A stretch of DNA of 63,901 nucleotides, counting the filler, from Choristocarpus tenellus KU-1152 (taxonomy: Eukaryota; Protista; Phaeophyceae): NCBI GenBank assembly GCA_964200185.2. It is 12 parts of 12 records of this genome, joined end to end, with 100 filler letters (N's around TTAATTAATTAA, not from the genome) between each part and the next. Parts side by side here need not be neighbours in the genome. Positions count along the whole stretch, not along the records: positions 24,814 to 29,977 come from CAXNAD020011646.1; positions 30,078 to 33,804 come from CAXNAD020018274.1; positions 33,905 to 42,882 come from CAXNAD020004140.1; 9 more parts are not named here. One strand, given 5' to 3'. Position numbers and translations under genes: made by a program. Positions within the stretch are counted from its first letter, which is position 1, and the number at the start of each line of letters is the position of its first letter. The notes below the pieces were generated by a model, which saw only the letters and a list, made by a program, of their open reading frames with translations, made no database searches and had not been told where the DNA came from. Below are positions 24,714-36,142 of the stretch, piece after piece.

Positions 24714-26148
24714 NNNNNNNNNNNNNNNNNNNNNNNNNNNNNNNNNNNNNNNNNNNNTTAATTAATTAANNNNNNNNNNNNNNNNNNNNNNNNNNNNNNN
24801 NNNNNNNNNNNNNGGGGGGGGGGGGGGGGGGGGGGGGGGGAGCGGGGGGGCTAATAAGCAAGCGGTAGGGACCTAAATATTGATTGCAGAGCCAAGGTCC
24901 AAGTTTGGCAATATATTTGAAGGTGTATCTTCTGGGCGTCCTTCAATTCCTGAATCACGTCTTCACCTTCTTGTTATCAATCAAGCCCAAAACTCAGAAA
25001 TATTCTATTTGTGTGTTGTGTTTTTCTTCCTTCAGAGCACTTACATTCTATGTATCCATCTCTTCTACCACATTCCAAATCCAAATCTAACTCTTTCCCC
25101 CTTGACTCGCATAGGGATAGCTACACACCATAACGTACAGATAATTGTCCCCAAAAAGTAAAGTCCATTACAATCCGAAACCTGCTACTCACATCCTAGA
25201 ACACATTCATCCACACCCTTTCAATGTCATTCACGTGTTACTCGTCAAGAAATAAGTCAACTCATATTACTTCTTTTCCACAGTAAACAATCTGATTTTT
25301 CTCCATCACATAAAGATATATAACCTGGTAGTTGGAACATGCAGCTTCTTTACCTTTTTTGCGGTTGGTGCAAAATCCCCCATGATACAGCACCAAAGGT
25401 ATACCCTAAAACCATCAAACAATGACTCTCACTCTCTGTTCTAATGTCGTCCCTCCAATCAAACACAGACTGTTTTTCCAACAGTATAGATCCTCACACC
25501 ATGGCACTCACACCCCCTTGACTCCAGGGTATGTCCTTAATTGTCTATAAAGTGTCACCCACTCCACCTCAGTACCTTAAATGATGTTTTCAAGCTCTAC
25601 CCAACCAGGTGATTAGCTCATGAAACATGAGCCCACCCTTTTCCCGCCCTGTGTCTCATGATCGTTGTGGTTTCTCCTCACAGTACTATGTTTAGCCGAA
25701 TTCCTCACCATTGTTAAGGCAACGGTGACTGCCCCTCACTTCGACCTAAGCTGCAACCTGCACTTCCCAAAAGAGAACACCCATCCCTCCCCCCCTCCTC
25801 ATTTTCACCTTCCACTCTCCTCTGACAGTGCTCTCTGAAGTAGGACTGTAAATTTTCTAAATCTCCTTGTACAACACCAATCTCCTCCTACCTATTCATC
25901 TTCATCATCATCAGACACACACACACACTCTTCTACAAAAATGATTAATGGTATATCAGTTGTAGCCTCCAACAAGCTTGATACTCATTCCACTGTATTC
26001 AATCTCACTGAAAAAGAAAAATCTATTGTTTCGAAGCTCCAACATACATTAGAACTTAACAATCCATCCCAACGACAAAATGACAACCATGAACGAACCT
26101 ACTGTAGTGTACCACTGCCGCCAGCCTTCCTCCTTGCCTTGTTCTTAC

Positions 26149-27188
26149 CTCCCCCCTCGCCTGGCCAGCCACGCAAGCCCTGTGAAGGGGTGTGTGCCCG
26201 CACTCTTTGTCCGCCTCATTTACCTCAGCATGCCCCTCCTTCACCAGAAACTGAGCCACCTTCAAGTGGCAGCGCTCACATGCAAATAGCAACGCTGTAC
26301 GGTTCTCCTGAAAGGAAATTCCGAGGAGAGGCGAGCAGTGGACACCGACATTATTGCTTGCAAAAGGCGCCATTGTGCAGCACTTAGGCATTTTGATCTT
26401 ACTCAACACCCATCCAACTCGACACCATCTGACACTAGAAAAATGACGCTAAGGTCGTTCCTTGATGCCATTCCAGCCAAAAATGTGTAAGAAAGAGTAG
26501 GAATAATTCGCCAAAATTATTTTAACTAGAATAAAGAGCCGGGTCAGGTCCATTGTAGAAGGGCCATAGTTAGAGCATGTAACATTTATTGCGAAGGTAC
26601 CCTGACGCATGGTTCGGGCAGATGTTGCTCTCACTCGTCCAGTCAGCAAAGCCATTTATGGATTCTCATCAACACCCCATCACAATGCAACCACTATCAA
26701 GTCCTGCAATCACTCATCCTCCATAATTTGTGACTCGAGACAGCTTACCTTGTTTTTGTAATTTACAGATGAGCCAGCCTTTTTCACCAGCCACTTCGCC
26801 ACCTCCAACTGACCTCCAAAGCATGCCCAATGCAACGCCGTCGAACCCTATGCTCAACACACCATCAGGAGGAGAATGAAGCATAATCGATATTACATTT
26901 CAAATATAGTGCTCTCGCAAATCGAAATAGGATGTGCGCTGGGGGAAGTTCATCGGGCATAGTCTTGACTTTCTTGGTGGATATTAACAGGGAGGAACCT
27001 CATAAATCGATCGAACCGGCACATTTATATCTCTGTGAAGGGTCTGGCGATCGTCACACCTGATACGGATCAGTGACATCCGCTTTGATACCCCGTCCTT
27101 CGACAAGGGCTTTAACCTCCTTCAGGTTGCCGTCGTAGGCCGCAGCACACAGCGCCATTGCACCGCCATTAGCTAACTCGGAAGACAT
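26149..27188 (-). CDS. Ankyrin-repeat protein (first 3 exons)
   Basis: Exons 27060-27188, 26749-26847 and 26149(or 26161)-26307 give ALCAAAYDGNLKEVKALV, GSTALHWACFGGQLEVAKWLV, RTALLFACERCHLKVAQFLV and GHTPLHRAC. Later exons were not resolved. Confidence 0.88.
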
Positions 27189-27877
27189 ACTCGAGACGGA
27201 GGATTTACACAGTCCGGAATACTCCTTTAGACAAGTGCAAGCCCTGTCCGTTCTACGTTGCTGGTCACCTCGTTCCAAATTGACACACCAACAAGACACC
27301 TCGTCACGTGGTGGAGAAAATAAGATATAGAATGAGCGAAGTAACGTAGAGAGCGGTCTTCAACCAAAGGGTATTTCTCCTCTGGTGCGTAAAGCTTAGC
27401 TACCTCGTCTTTCAACGAGATCACCGGCCCAACGCAACTGGACCACACTCAATCCCATTCAAGAGTCACCGACACACAACCCAAATCCTTCTCAGAGAGT
27501 AAGGTTAAATTTAACTCTTTGTACTATTCAAAAAATAAAAATACACTAGAATCCTGTGGATGAGCATCCCCTCTCTCTCGTCTTATCCCATAGCACGAGC
27601 ACGCACGCTCAGCACCCCCTTCTCTTTTTGGTGAGAACAGATGGTAGTCCTCTGCTGGCAGTAGGCCAGTTGTGACGTTGTGCATGTAGCGGGATAGACT
27701 TTGTTGGTACAGATTTCTGAAAATTGAGTGTCGATTGTCATCATTGATGCTTTCTTGTCTACCTTCACTTACCTCGTCTCTTGAAGGTTGCCCATGCTTT
27801 CTAAGACCTGTCATGTGACTCTTAACCCTCGGCTTATCTGTACATTCTGTCGTGCTCCTCTTTCGTTTTCCCTAGTC

Positions 27878-29810
27878 ATGTCTCACCGTAAGTTCGAAGC
27901 CCCCCGTCACGGGTCGCTCGGTTTCCTCCCCAAGAAGCGCACAAAAAAGCATCACGGGCACATCCGCTCGTTTCCCAGGGATGACGCCGGCAAGGAACCC
28001 CACCTAACCGCATTCATGGCATACAAGGTAGCGCCAGTCACTACCATTAACCTTGAATGGCCCGTTTTCTCACCCCACCACTCTTCCTGTACTGCATTTT
28101 ATTGTGTGTGATTGCGACCCTTTCACTTCATTGGTATTCATCTATATCCTAGTCCCCAACCTCTTATTTGCTAACAAGTGTCCAGTGCAGTACTTTGCAT
28201 TGAACAGCTCAAGCAGTTTTCTTGAACCACTGAACAATTTTGATTTCCACTCCATTCCATTCCGTAACCCTCAATGTATAAACACCTGACAATTCTGCGT
28301 AACTTTGCACTAACGGCCCCAACAGGCCGGTATGACCCACATTGCTCGTGAAGTGGACCGCCCAGGCTCTAAGGTTCACAAAAAAGAGGTTGTGGAGGCT
28401 GTCACTGTGCTGGAGACCCCCCCTATGGTGGTTGTTGGTATGGTTGGCTACGTCGAGACTCCTCGGGGTCTTCGCACACTCACCACCGTATGGGCGGGTC
28501 ATTTGTCCGATGAGTGCAAGAGGAGGTGAGACGTAACGTTGATCGCCTTCTGAAGTGAATGCCAACAGGCCTACAAGTATGATCAGTAAATTCGATATAT
28601 TTTAGATCTATCTGCGTGTAGTGCGCTCGTTGATCACAATGCAATCATTCTGCACTACAATTATCGCTCTATCAAAAGTTGGGAAATTAAATATCAAACT
28701 AAAACATTCCCACCAGATTCTACAAGCACTGGTACAAGTCCAAGAAGAAGGCATTCACCAGGTACGCTAAGAAGTTCGCAGAGGCTCCCCAAGAGATTGA
28801 TGCTGAGCTGGAGCGAATCAAGAAGTACTGCCAGGTTGTGCGGGTCATTGCGCACACACAGGTGAATTCAACATTCAATAAATTATTGAGGTTGTGTAAT
28901 GCTTGCCCATAAATTCGTATTTAGATTTTTTTGTGCTACAAATGAAAGTCCAAGGCTTTGAAGATATTGTAAGTGCATAGTTCATCTGACTTATCAGTGA
29001 AGAACTGTCATCAAGCAAATGTCTTTCGCTCCTATCTGAGCCTTGGACTTTCCCTCTTTCTGGTCTTTTTTCGGGGGAAATGTATTTATGTGCCAGGTTG
29101 CCAAGGTGTTGAGACAATGAAGATATTCTAAATGCATAGTTCATCTGACTTATCAGTGAAGAACTGTCATCAAGCAAATGTCTTTCGCTCCTATCTGAGT
29201 CTCGAATTTTGCATCCCCTGTACATCATTAAATCTTGTTGAGAATTCATTTGGCAGGGCCATGCCGTTGCGATTATCTCATCAACAGGTATGTATTGAAG
29301 GGCTGATGTATATCTGTTGCTTAGACGACCAACAGTAGTGTCATCCTTTCAGACATTATTTTTCACTTGCTTCCCAATTAGAAGCAGAGGGGAAAAAAAA
29401 TGTTATTCATGGAGAGTTGAGCTAAACCAATTCATTATTGTTCATATTCCAAACTTCAAACCTATTCTGAACAGGTGGGTCTGGTAAAGCTTCGTCAAAA
29501 GGCAGCAAACATAATGGAGATCCAGATCAATGGTGGTGATATTGCAGCAAAGGTAGACTTTGCTCGTGGTCTCTTTGAGCAGAAGGTGCCAGTGGATGCA
29601 GTGTTTGCCAAGGACGAGTGTATTGATGTACTGGGTGCCTCGAAGGGTCACGGAACAGAGGGAGTAGTTACCCGTTGGGGTGTGACACGTCTACCCCGTA
29701 AGACCCACCGTGGTCTTCGGAAGGTGGCGTGTATTGGAGCATGGCACCCGGCCCGTGTAAGCTTCTCAGTGGCACGTGCTGGTCAGCATGGGTACCACCA
29801 CAGGACTGAG
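27878..29810 (+). CDS. RPL3: 60S ribosomal protein L3 (uL3), first 4 coding exons, 3' partial
   Basis: Exons 27878-28027, 28326-28525, 28717-28861 and 29475-29810 give [21 protein letters not shown]..., [16 protein letters not shown], and [33 protein letters not shown]...[10 protein letters not shown]. Confidence 0.98.
28944..29052 (+). ncRNA. Box C/D snoRNA, snR60/U80-like double guide, copy 1 (RPL3 intron 3)
   Basis: Box C TTGAAGA 28958, D' CTGA 28986, C' GTGAAGA 28997, D CTGA 29036, flanked by the inverted repeat GAAAGTCCAAGGCT/AGCCTTGGACTTTC. Guides GCATAGTTCAT and GTCTTTCGCTCCTAT are complementary to the conserved LSU rRNA sequences GUGAACUAUGC and AUAGGGGCGAAAGAC. Confidence 0.88.
29110..29204 (+). 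ncRNA. Box C/D snoRNA, snR60/U80-like double guide, copy 2 (RPL3 intron 3)
   Basis: Box C ATGAAGA 29117, D' CTGA 29145, D CTGA 29195. Guides are identical to copy 1, but the terminal stem differs (GAGAC/GTCTC). Confidence 0.88.
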
Positions 29811-31369
29811 GTAAAGAAATTGTGTTGTCATTATCTAGTCTTTTTTTATTGAAGGAGTGGGAGGTCATTTAAGGTTTAGCACTGGTAAATGTTTTTCTTG
29901 GAGTAGTGTATTGAGCGTTGAATTAAAAACTTCTCTTTTGTGGACGGCCAGTTACAGTATATACTTCAGATGATGATNNNNNNNNNNNNNNNNNNNNNNN
30001 NNNNNNNNNNNNNNNNNNNNNTTAATTAATTAANNNNNNNNNNNNNNNNNNNNNNNNNNNNNNNNNNNNNNNNNNNNTTTTGATAAATTTTTCTTTTTTT
30101 CTGCCAATAGCCCCCTCCCCCCCCCCCCCCCCCCCCCCCCCCAAACAAAAAAAAATCTAATCCTAACGTAAATACTAGGTACCCCAGAATGATGTACGTG
30201 TTTTTTTCTAACGAACGGCCCACTGCTCCCTAAAAACATGAAGCTTTTGTCCCGTAGCGCCACAGCACACAACTAAAAAAAATAAAAAGAGTAGTTCGGC
30301 CGAAACGACATTGCTAGGGTCAGCCACGCACCAACAATAATTTGAGTGAAACCCCCCCCCCAAACATTCCTGCAGGTAGTTGTGGATGAGGGACTATAGG
30401 GGTACCAACAGGACCTGGGGAATGCGTTAGAGGCATACAAAATAATAAAATACCTCAAAAAGTACACTTTCCTCCTCAGCAAAACACACATTGGAAATAG
30501 TAGACAATAAAATAATAAAATACGCAGGACTCAAGACTGGGCAAAAATAATAAAATAAATGCCACAGGAGTGTATCGCGTGTGTGTTCAAGTCTTGTTTG
30601 TTTGCATACATGCCATACGTGTGCACTTACTTCTCTCACACAAGCATCTTTGTGGAACCCTAACCCTAACCTACACTGTGAAGTGGAAACCCATTCACTG
30701 TTTGTGCAGTATCTCTACTCACAGTGTGTGTGTGTGTGATGTATCATTCAGGTAATGATAACAGGACTATTATTGTGCTGAGTTGTTTAAGTACAGCTAC
30801 AAATTCAAGGGATCTTTGAGTGTCCATAAATATAAAAAACAAGGTCACAAAGATTTTTCAAAGGATTTTTTTTTTGAAGGCGAAGTGTGCCATAACAATA
30901 ACAAAAACAGAAATAAGAATCATAAGAATTATTATTGAAATAGTAAGAACCAAATTTTTACAAGTGCGCCATAATAATAATAATAAAATTAACTTCTTAC
31001 AACAGATACAAGAATGATAATAATAATTATTATTGAATAATAACTAAATTTTATCATTCCACTTCCAATAAGATAGCAATTTTTTCTAGAAATAAAACAA
31101 GAACAATATTAACTATCGCAGTCAAAATATGATAGAAGAAATAATAATATAAATAACATAAAGGTTCCAATTACACTGTGCACATTATTCTTCAGATAAC
31201 TGAGTACCCTCCAGCAGTACAGTACAGTACAGAACAACAATAATAATAAAAATAAAAACAAAAAAATCATAACATAAAAAAAACACTAACCAATAATCCA
31301 ATTTTTGTACTAAATTTCGAAACTATCAAAAATATCATTCAGCAGTAGAGGCTAAGAGCACAGCAATAC

Positions 31370-33471
31370 CTTGGTCTCAATCATGTGCAGGATCAGGGGA
31401 GCCTTGACCCTCACAAGTGCCACAAGGGCTGGGTCCACAGTCTCCAGGATATAGTGGTCCGCATCAGGGGGACAGATGGATGGGCAGCCAAGCTCACAAT
31501 CAAGTGACACCTGACCGACCCAAAGGCAACAGGAGGTTACAGGTACATATGAGGTACTGGCCTTGGTCCTGGTCCTGATCCTTGTCATGGTACAGATTAC
31601 TTCCTTTAGTATCAGTTGCTGAGGTTTGTGGTTGCAACCTCTCATTACTATGTTATAGTATGCACCTACAAAATATTCTTAAATATATATACATAAAAAA
31701 AAAGCACGCACTGTTTCATCATTAAAAAAAAATATAACTGTCTCCAGAAGAATATACTAGGCGATAACATCAACGTGATAATATACAAAAACAAAACAAT
31801 TCTGTATTTTATTTTTTATGTAATAATAAAATAAAGCAATGCAACTACTACATTTCTCAACAATTCTTCCACAGGGGAAATCAACATTTATAATGAATCA
31901 ACAATAAAAAGTAAAAATAACTGAGTGCACCAAAAACACTCTCCAAAAGCACACATTTATAATGATCTGCCTCCGGGGGGGGCATTTTCTTCCCTGCAAC
32001 AAATGTAGAACAGCACATCCACAAAATACTCACAGTGTACAAGAACAACTTTTCTTGGAAAAAAAACAACACACACACATATATATAAACAAATAAATAA
32101 ATAAACGCATGCATGTACCTCCTCATTATCATTATCATCATCATTGACACAAAACGTTTCAACTTTTCACAAAAAAAACACTAGCCTGAAAATTTTAAAA
32201 TAATAATAACAATAATAATAACATTAATAATAATAACGATTACATTTCTACTCTTTCGGAACACACGCATGCACGATACTAACCCAACGAACACTATCTT
32301 GTCAGACAATAATAATAATAATATAATATGATAATAATAATATGATAATAATAAAAAGGTGAAGGTGATTTGACCAGCGGGTAAAAACGGCTATCACTGC
32401 ACCCCATCAAAAACAAACTGACCTTGAAAAAAAGGGGGTTTGTTTCAACTCCTAGGCCTACCATTTGTTCACCCTTTTCTCCTTTTCTCCAAATAACCTC
32501 TCTAATAACCTCTCCATTGTGGTATCCCACCTTTTCTCAAAACAACCTCAACCTTCACATACTATCCACAGCTGCAGCCTCATCTATCTGCTTCCCCCCT
32601 CTCCCCCTATGTTACAATAACTAGACCACCATCTCTACTGACATAACTCTAGTCTCCATTGCAGTGGTGCTTGCTGTACTCAGTGATTGTAACTATAACT
32701 GTATAACTATATAACTATGATTAAAATATATATTAATACAACATTTAGTACAATAAAATATATACTAATACAACATTTAGTATAATAAAATATATATTAA
32801 TACAACATTTAGTACAATAAAATATATACTAATACAACATTTAGTATAATAAAATATATATTAATACAACATTTAGTATAATAAAATATATATTAATACA
32901 ACATTTAGTATAATAAAATATATATTAATACAACATTTAGTACAATAAAATATATACTAATACAACATTTAGTACAATAAAATATATACTAATACAACAT
33001 TTAGTATAATAAAATATATATTAATACAACATTTAGTATAATAAAATATATACTAATACAACATTTAGTACAATAAAATATATACTAATACAACATTTAG
33101 TATAATAAAATATATATTAATACAACATTTAGTACAATAAAATATGTATTAATACAACATTTAGTATAATACAATATATATTAATACAACATGTAGTATA
33201 ATAAAAAATATATTAATACAACATTTAGTGCAGTAAAATATATACTAATACAACATTTAGTACAGTAATATATATATATTAATACAACATTTAGTACAGT
33301 AATATATATATATATTAATACAACATTTAGCACTATTAATAAGGTGTATATACATGTGTGTGTATTAGTTAGGACGTACCACTCTCCTCATGGCCCGCCA
33401 CAGCCTGAACTGCTTCTCCTCCTCTCCCTGCAGCTCTGCTCCATACAAAGACAAAAGGTAGCCCACAACAC
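31370..33471 (-). CDS. Two exons of an unidentified gene
   Basis: GC-rich islands 33380-33471 and 31370-31510 in AT-rich DNA, with GT-AG boundaries and compatible phase: VVGYLLSLYGAELQGEEEKQFRLWRAMRRV|VSLDCELGCPSICPPDADHYILETVDPALVALVRVKAPLILHMIETK. Confidence 0.6.
32723..33331. repeat. 32-bp AT-rich minisatellite, ~19 copies, intronic
   Basis: Unit AAAATATATA(T/C)TAATACAACATTTAGTA(C/T)AAT, head-to-tail with no spacers, decaying at the right end. Confidence 0.95.
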
Positions 33472-34246
33472 CTGTACCAACAAAGAGCAATACACACACA
33501 AAACACAGTTAACGGCAGGAGAAGGGGGGGAGGGGGCCTATGAGGGGAAAGAATCAGAATCAGAATCTTTCTTGTATTTAAAAAAAAATTCATGTACTAT
33601 GCATTTTTTATTACTTAAATATCATGGATGCTAAAAATAAATTTGACTAGCTAGGGTTAGGGTGCACAGCACAAGAAAGGTATATCTCGAAAAATACACA
33701 TACTTTTTAACTCTCAAGTCAAACACAACATACATTGAACGCTACCCCCCCCCCCCCCCCCCCCCCCACACCCCCCCCCCCCCCCTCCCCACATATCCCC
33801 TTCCNNNNNNNNNNNNNNNNNNNNNNNNNNNNNNNNNNNNNNNNNNNNTTAATTAATTAANNNNNNNNNNNNNNNNNNNNNNNNNNNNNNNNNNNNNNNN
33901 NNNNGAGGGGAATAGTATATACAACTATTTGCATATTTGTGTCTTGGTATGGCTATGTCTGTGTCAGTACTATGTATCATGATGGTTGAGAGTTCCTCGT
34001 CCAAGAATAATGTTTTGTGTGCGGCGATGTCCCCTTTTCTTATGAATTTGTATCTAGGAGTATCCCTGCGCTACTACAGAAGGCGAAGTCAAAAACGCCT
34101 TCCACGACGATAGGTGCGCGTTTCCAAAGTCTTGAGTCGTGCTCTTAATAATGTTGTCCATGCTCCAGCTCTAATCATCTTCCACCAGTCGACAGTGCTC
34201 GTTCCTGAGATTTGTAATGGCCCTTGTGCAAAATGACGTGGCTCAG

Positions 34247-34811
34247 GACTCCGCATTGGACAAGTTTAGAAAGTTTGCGACGGAGAAAAATGTGCATGTG
34301 ACTCTTGTCATTCACCCCCGGAAGGAGGATGAAAACCACAAGCTCACCACAAGCTCTATTTTCGGATCTGCAAAGGCAACGCAGGAGGCAGATCTGGTGC
34401 TCATCCTGCAGGTGCCCCTTTAACTCTCCCCCACATTAGTGCATACTTGGAGTAAGTACTCTTTATGTGTTACATGTTCACATGTATACAGACAGTCACG
34501 TATCGTCCCATGTACCTAGCCTGTATGCCTAATATACAACCATCCTGTGTTGCGCTCTTGTTTTGTCCGTAGAATGTGGTCTGCGGGTGTGTATGTCTGT
34601 GTTTGGATATTTGCTTTTTGTGGACTTTGTCGATGATTACTTGATTGCTTGATTGCTATCTCTTGTGTTGCATCCCCCTTACATGTTGTGACAGTCACAG
34701 AATGGAAGGAAGTCCCTGGATGTGAAGAAGAACCGATTTGATGGAGCTGTGGGAGAAGTGGGTCTTTATTTTGACCCTAGTTCATGCAGGTTAATGGAGT
34801 CCAATCGATGA
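34247..34811 (+). CDS. TWNK: Twinkle-like organellar primase-helicase, C-terminal exons
   Basis: Exon 34247-34411 [27 protein letters not shown]...[19 protein letters not shown] and exon ~34695-34811 [18 protein letters not shown]. These are SF4 helicase H3/H4 motifs of Twinkle type. The stop position is tentative. Confidence 0.9.
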
Positions 34812-35882
34812 TTGGAAACAGAGGTGGGGGGCATCAGGGAAGAATGCACCGGAGTGTATTACAGTTTTGTAGAGAAACCTATGGCGGTATTACTGATATT
34901 TTTTGCTTGTCCATCACAGTATTTTTCAAAAAAACAGATCAATGCTATTTTTTGTGTATGTTTTCAGCCTGCATCAGATTTCGCCCTTATTTGAGGGTGG
35001 GGCAGGCAATATTCGATCTGTTCTGGTGTGAAACATCACCTTGTTTGTAGATGTATTGGTAGACCAAGCCTATGTTTATGTTCCCGCCTAATTAACCTCA
35101 CACTAAATACTTGAAGTAGCAGCCTTTAATCTTCAGAGTATATGTACGTGTGCTGTTTACTACAGACAGCCTATGTGGCATGCATGACTTAAGAAAGCAA
35201 ACAACCACACTGGATGCGACAGATAAATGGAGAAGTGAATCCGTCGCCGGCCTATCTCTGACAGCCTTGAAATGGAAATAGTGGAGGCTATTGCATGCTT
35301 TGTCCGATTGTACACAGTGTAATACCATTATGTTGTTTTTTTCTTTGTTGATTTTTTTTGTGGGACTCTCATACCGCCTTCCAGCACCGCCGTTGTCTTT
35401 CACGTGTTTGCCTGTGATTAAGTTGGTTAGTTCCACTTGATAGTAGCTGAGGTATTAGTATGTTGCCTGGTATAAGATTGGCTAGCCCTCTGCATCGTAG
35501 TCTGTTGGTAGATGGATTGAACTGCAGAATGTGAACACATCATCCCCCAGTTGGTCAATTAGTATAATGCACATTCTTCTTGTAGTATATGAGTGGCCAA
35601 GACTCAACTGGTTAGGAGTAAGTTGTGTGGTGGACTGAGAGGGGTCTTCACTTGCCTTAATATATTTTGACATTTGATACTTTGTCGTTGAAGTCAAAAT
35701 CCAAATCCGAGAACCATAGCAAAGGATTCATTTCCTGAAAAATGCTATGGGTAGCAAGGAGGCGTGAAGATTGACAAGGGGATCGACATGAGGATCATTA
35801 TGTACTGGATTACTTTGAAGGATGAAGTATGAGATGTTGTAAGTTGAATTGGTTGTGTGACTACTCAGGCACATGTATTACA

Positions 35883-36142
35883 GAGTCAAAGTATCTTAGA
35901 GGGTAGAGCCGCGTCCATTTGGGGGTCAAAATCCAATGTTGCAATTTTGATGTAATTTTGGCTTATCATGTTTGTTGGGAGATGTCAATATCCTTGTTCC
36001 ACACACAACGTTTCACAATGTAAACAATTTACCTACTCCGGAACATCTTGGAGTAGGTAAAATGTCATTAAAAACCTGTGGGAAGCCAAGCTCCAAATGG
36101 ACAAACAGGGCAGAAATCGAACCCTCTAAGATACTTTCACTC
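35883..36142. mobile_element. MITE family A (260 bp)
   Basis: TIR GAGTCAAAGTATCTTAGAGGGT / ACCCTCTAAGATACTTTCACTC, colinear with 5938-6195. Confidence 0.85.

Noticed and set aside
28526-28716. snoRNA in RPL3 intron 2 (TGATCA...TGATCACA)
   Set aside because: No convincing H box, C/D pair or rRNA guide.
28875-29249. 124-aa minus-strand ORF with an internal repeat
   Set aside because: It is the antisense reading of the duplicated snoRNAs.
32723-33331. CRISPR array (32-bp periodicity)
   Set aside because: Units are contiguous with no unique spacers, there are no cas genes, and the context is a eukaryotic intron.
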